This document shows, one piece after another, positions 63,487-64,000 of a DNA stretch of 64,000 nucleotides. The stretch's first letter is position 1, and the number at the start of each line of letters is the position of its first letter. The position numbers and the translations under genes are program-made. Where the stretch lies: the NCBI GenBank assembly GCA_016717325.1, contig JADKFV010000054.1, positions 76,599 through 140,598 of the forward strand. Reading direction: 5' to 3'. Below the pieces are notes generated by a model that was not told the DNA's origin, ran no database searches, and worked only from the letters and a program-made list of their open reading frames with translations. Origin of the DNA: Bacteroidota bacterium (GTDB lineage: Bacteria > Bacteroidota > Bacteroidia > AKYH767-A > OLB10).

Positions 63487-64000
63487 AATGCTGAGGCACG
63501 AAGCATCTCTACTGCGTAAGCAATCTATGTCTTTGAAATGCTGAGGTACGAAGCATCTCTGCTGCGTAAGCAATCATCATGCGAAAGCAATTGTTTGCGT
63601 AAGCCCATTCTGCGCTAGCCTATTCTGGCAGGGATGCTTCGTTTCTCAGCATGACAAGGCGATGATAAGAAATGAGGCACGAAGCATCTCTACTGCGTAA
63701 GCAATCTTTGTCTTTGAAATGCTGAGGTACGAAGCATCTCTGCTGCGTAAGCAATCATCATGCGACAGCAATTGTTTGCGTAAGCCCATTCTGCGCTAGC
63801 CTATTCTGGCAGAGATGCTTCGTTCCTCAGCATGACAAGGCGATGATAAGAAATGAGGTACGTAGAATCTCTGCTGCGTAAGCAATCTTTGTTTTTGAAA
63901 TGCTGAGGTACAAAGCATCTCTGCTGCGTGAGCAATCATCATGCGAAAGCAATTGTTTGAGTAAGCCCATTCTGCGCTAGCCTATTCTGGCAGAGATGCT
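63487..64000. repeat. 181-bp higher-order tandem repeat (2.8 or more copies, truncated by the window end) with internal direct and inverted ~36-bp subrepeats
   Basis: GAGGCACGAAGCATCTCTACTGCG recurs at 63493 and 63674. A variant GAGGTACGTAGAATCTCTGCTGCG lies at 63855. Each unit has two direct copies of TGCTGAGGnACGAAGCATCTCTnCTGCGTAAGCAATC and one inverted copy GGCAGRGATGCTTCGTTnCTCAGCA. Confidence 0.85.

Noticed and set aside
63487-64000. Possible CRISPR array: 36-bp repeats separated by short segments
   Set aside because: The inter-repeat segments are themselves repeated in every 181-bp unit and are too short (13-55 bp, non-unique). No cas genes are visible. It is called a higher-order tandem repeat instead.

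Overview
The window is a 64-kb chromosomal segment from a Bacteroidota genome. Many of its proteins end in Por/T9SS type-A or type-B C-terminal sorting domains. AT-rich intergenic regions carry the Bacteroidetes -7 box TAnnTTTG. Rho-independent terminators have T-runs. The genes are mostly secreted or surface cargo interspersed with housekeeping genes (trpS, hemW, sdaA, queA, metF, an aldehyde dehydrogenase, tsaB, atpG).

The first 13 kb is a minus-strand cluster of secreted peptidases and fibre-like proteins. It holds a partial M43 metallopeptidase, a beta-helix T9SS protein, a peptidase-S74 tail-fibre-like protein, an S8 subtilisin and a C1 papain-like lipoprotein. A LytTR response regulator and a TPR-containing sensor kinase follow. 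Three of these genes are each preceded by an almost identical ~115-bp upstream element. A 106-bp tandem repeat sits between the kinase and the regulator.

Other notable content:
- A second M43 peptidase (14690..16783).
- An Rrf2 regulator / rhodanese / SRPBCC trio.
- A large TM plus coiled-coil protein (17028..20397).
- A four-gene block of unknown function (20464..24288).
- A 1013-aa secreted protein built from near-identical 309-bp tandem repeats (33862..36903).
- An ECF sigma factor followed by a single-pass membrane protein and a 912-aa adhesin that both carry T9SS type-B domains.
- Two giant repeat proteins (50641..55802 minus; 58997..63414 plus).
- A 181-bp higher-order tandem repeat with internal inverted repeats that runs off the 3' end of the window.

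Four large genes are interrupted at simple-sequence tracts (A7, ACACA, C5, G4). These are either homopolymer sequencing errors or slipped-strand switches.

No rRNA, tRNA or CRISPR array was recognised.
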